Source of the DNA: Octopus sinensis | Taxonomy: Eukaryota | Reading direction: 5' to 3' | Assembly (NCBI RefSeq): GCF_006345805.1 | Contig: NW_021828740.1 | Location: 1-7,772, forward strand | Length of the DNA stretch: 7,772 bases | Shown here: piece by piece, positions 5,960-7,772 of the stretch | Numbering within the stretch: position 1 is the first letter of the stretch | Layout of the letters: each line of letters begins with the position of its first letter | The notes under the pieces: generated by a model | What the model saw: the letters and a program-made list of their open reading frames with translations, nothing else | Told to the model about the DNA's origin: nothing | Database searches by the model: none | Translations under genes and position numbers: made by a program

Positions 5960-6075
5960 AACCGAAGGAGTTACCATTAGTTCCATGCTTTTATGACACT
6001 TTAAGTAGACATGTTTTTGAAATATGCCTGTTCAGGTGTCATAAAAGCATAAAACCATTACTAACTGTTTCGGTT
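5960..6075. other. 116-nt imperfect inverted repeat (fold-back); degenerate palindromic MITE or hairpin RNA
   Basis: Perfect 15-bp core ATGCTTTTATGACAC (5985-5999) / GTGTCATAAAAGCAT (6036-6050). In the same register, AACCGAA (5960-5966) pairs with TTCGGTT (6069-6075) and AGTTA pairs with TAACT. The inner stem continues to a 3-nt loop at 6017-6019. Confidence 0.75.
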
Positions 6076-6160
6076 GTGTATTAAATTGATATTTATCTCT
6101 CATTGGATGGAGGACTTTTTTATTGATTCTACCTCAATTGGATCTATAAACTATATATGT

Positions 6161-6607
6161 ATCATCATCATCATCATCATCGTTTAACATCCGCCTTCCA
6201 TGCTGGCATGGATTGGGCGGTTTGACTGAGGGCTTGACTAAGGCGGCGAGCTGGCATAAACGTTAGCACGCCGGACGAAATGCATGGCCGTATTTCATCT
6301 GCCGTTACGTTCTGAGTTCAAATTCCGCCGAGGTCGACTTTGCCTTTCATCCTTTCGGGATTGATTAAATAGGTACCAGTTACGCACTGGGGTCGATATA
6401 ATCAACTTAATCCGTCTGTCTGTCCTTGTTTGTCTCCTCTGTGTTTAGCCCCTTGTGGGTAGTAAAGAAATAGGTTTGACTGAGTGCTGGCAAGTCAGAA
6501 GGCTTGCTCCAGGCTCCAATCTGATCTGGCAAAGTTTTTACAGCTGGATGCCCTTCCTGACGCCAACCACTCCGAGAGTGTAGTGGGTGCATTTTACATG
6601 CCACTGG
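6161..6607 (-). mobile_element. Retroposon 'element C' 3' part with an (ATG)n tail, split by the family A insertion (pieces 6161-6234 and 6473-6607)
   Basis: (ATC)n at 6161-6181. The sequence is continuous across the insertion once the TSD is removed. It shares the palindrome and the GGATGCCCTT...CAACC motif with module D. Confidence 0.75.
6241..6472 (+). mobile_element. Full-length SINE family A nested in element C
   Basis: About 90% identical to 1117-1344. Flanked by GGTTTGACTGAGGGCT (6219-6234) and GGTTTGACTGAGTGCT (6473-6488), a 15/16 TSD. Confidence 0.92.
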
Positions 6608-6838
6608 ATAGAAATTAATATTATTAAATAATACTAATGTAAACCATTTGATAGCATATGTAAAAAACGTGAGGACTGTTTATTATATTCAAATATATAA
6701 ATAAGAGGAAAGACCATTATGTGGATTCCTTGTATGCTGAAGATACACACCAAATCATCCTAGACACATTTTTCTTGCTAGGCTGGTTTGGCATCTATCT
6801 TCAGCATACAAGGAATCCACTTAGTGTTCTTTACTCTC

Positions 6839-6841
<3 letters not shown>

Positions 6842-6876
<35 letters not shown>
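6842..6876. repeat. Pure (TA)n microsatellite
   Basis: Directly visible. Confidence 0.95.
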
Positions 6877-6883
<7 letters not shown>

Positions 6884-6894
6884 GTAGAAAGATA

Positions 6895-7013
6895 TTCTTT
6901 TATTTTTTTTACTTGTTTCAGTCATTTGACTGTGGTCATGCTGGAGCACCGTCTTTACTTGAGAAAATCGAACCCAGGACTTATTCTTTGTAAGCCTAGT
7001 ACTTATTCTATAG
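6895..7013 (-). mobile_element. 5'-truncated family B copy (tail type 1 only)
   Basis: tttacttgtttcagtcatttgac...atgctggagcac...aggacttattctttgtaagcctagtacttattctat is colinear with 1633-1736. Confidence 0.88.
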
Positions 7014-7030
7014 GTGGATGGCTAGATATG

Positions 7031-7080
7031 CTTCTTTATTGGCTACACAGGGCTGAACACAGAGGGGACGAAATACAAAG
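7031..7080 (-). mobile_element. Short 3'-terminal fragment of a family A-like SINE
   Basis: The reverse complement CTTTGTATTTCGTCCCCTCTGTGTTCAGCCCTGTGTAGCCAATAAAGAAG resembles the family A end TTGTTTGTCCCCTCT(A/G)TGTTTAGCCCCTTGTGGG(C/T)AGTAAAGAAA. Confidence 0.7.
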
Positions 7081-7302
7081 TAGAGCTTTTCTTTTTGGGA
7101 AGAAGAAAAAAAAAGGGAGGGGAGAATTTCAATCAAAAGGAATCGTGAAAAAAAAAAAGGCCGATCAATAGGGGTCATGTATCACAGAAATGTCAATGTA
7201 TAAAGGGGAAACAGATTAGGTTTAACTGTGGAAAGAAAAGCCTTTGGAAGAGACCAAGGTAACTTTGGGCAATAATGTCATGCAAAAAACACTCATTGTG
7301 GC

Positions 7303-7357
7303 TAGATGGGTAGGTAGATAGATTGACAGGTAGATAGATGGGTAGATGGGTAGGTAA
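7303..7357. repeat. Degenerate (GATA/GGTA)n tetranucleotide repeat
   Basis: Directly visible. Confidence 0.75.
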
Positions 7358-7405
7358 ACAGCACAGTGGAACTGAACTGAAAATCATGTTTAGAATAGAA
7401 AAAAT

Positions 7406-7740
7406 GAGATTTGAGAAAGATCTGCCTGTTATTTCTAGCTCCTGCCAACCTATAGAGTGAGTGCCTTTGTGAGTTGATTTACTGGAGATTTTGGCTGTTA
7501 TTTCTAACAAATTAGGGATCTCCTTCATTGGCTCCTTCTGAACCAAATGTTGTTGATGTTGTTGTAAAGGTCTCTGTCAGACTCAGTGCACATATGATCA
7601 GAAGCATTCCAACCATGACCATCTCAACTTTTTCCTAAGTGCAAGAAACTGAAGCTCATATTATATATAGCATGTCCATTCTGAAGGTGATGTATGAGGG
7701 AAGAAAGATTTGGCTGCTATTTCTAGCTGGTTGAGCGAGC
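7406..7740. repeat. Unclassified repeat region with three copies of a ~21-nt motif
   Basis: GATCTGCCTGTTATTTCTAGC (7419-7439), GATTTTGGCTGTTATTTCTAAC (7487-7508) and GATTTGGCTGCTATTTCTAGC (7707-7727). Confidence 0.6.
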
Positions 7741-7745
7741 CTTTT

Positions 7746-7772
7746 CTGTGTCTGTTTGTCCCCCCTGCATTA
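7746..7772 (+). mobile_element. Possible start of a family B tail-type-1 segment running off the window
   Basis: ctgtgtctgtttgtccccccctgcatt resembles the minus strand of 1804-1830 (gtgtctgtgtttgtccccctagcatt). The match is short. Confidence 0.45.

Overview
This is non-coding, repeat-saturated animal DNA; no host protein-coding gene is supported. The tRNA-derived SINEs (some CORE-like, with internal CA/TA microsatellites) resemble coleoid cephalopod, most likely Octopus, repeats. That assignment comes from memory, not a database search. Family labels A-F below are my own working names. The window holds three near-complete and several partial copies of SINE family A, one full-length and several partial copies of family B, heads or bodies of families E and F, and two (ATG)n-tailed modules (C, D). 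It also holds a TTAA-flanked piggyBac-like MITE, the 3' remnant of a mariner transposon, the 3' end of an RTE-type LINE with a zinc-finger motif, many micro/minisatellites, a G-rich tract and a 116-nt fold-back. The supplied ORFs are mostly translations of simple repeats. The best leads are a SINE-head/RTE-3'-end chimera (3335-3613), repeated nesting of elements inside SINE-internal microsatellites, head/tail module swapping among SINEs, and the hairpin at 5960-6075. These are plausible retroelement biology, and I cannot claim any of them is a new system without searches.
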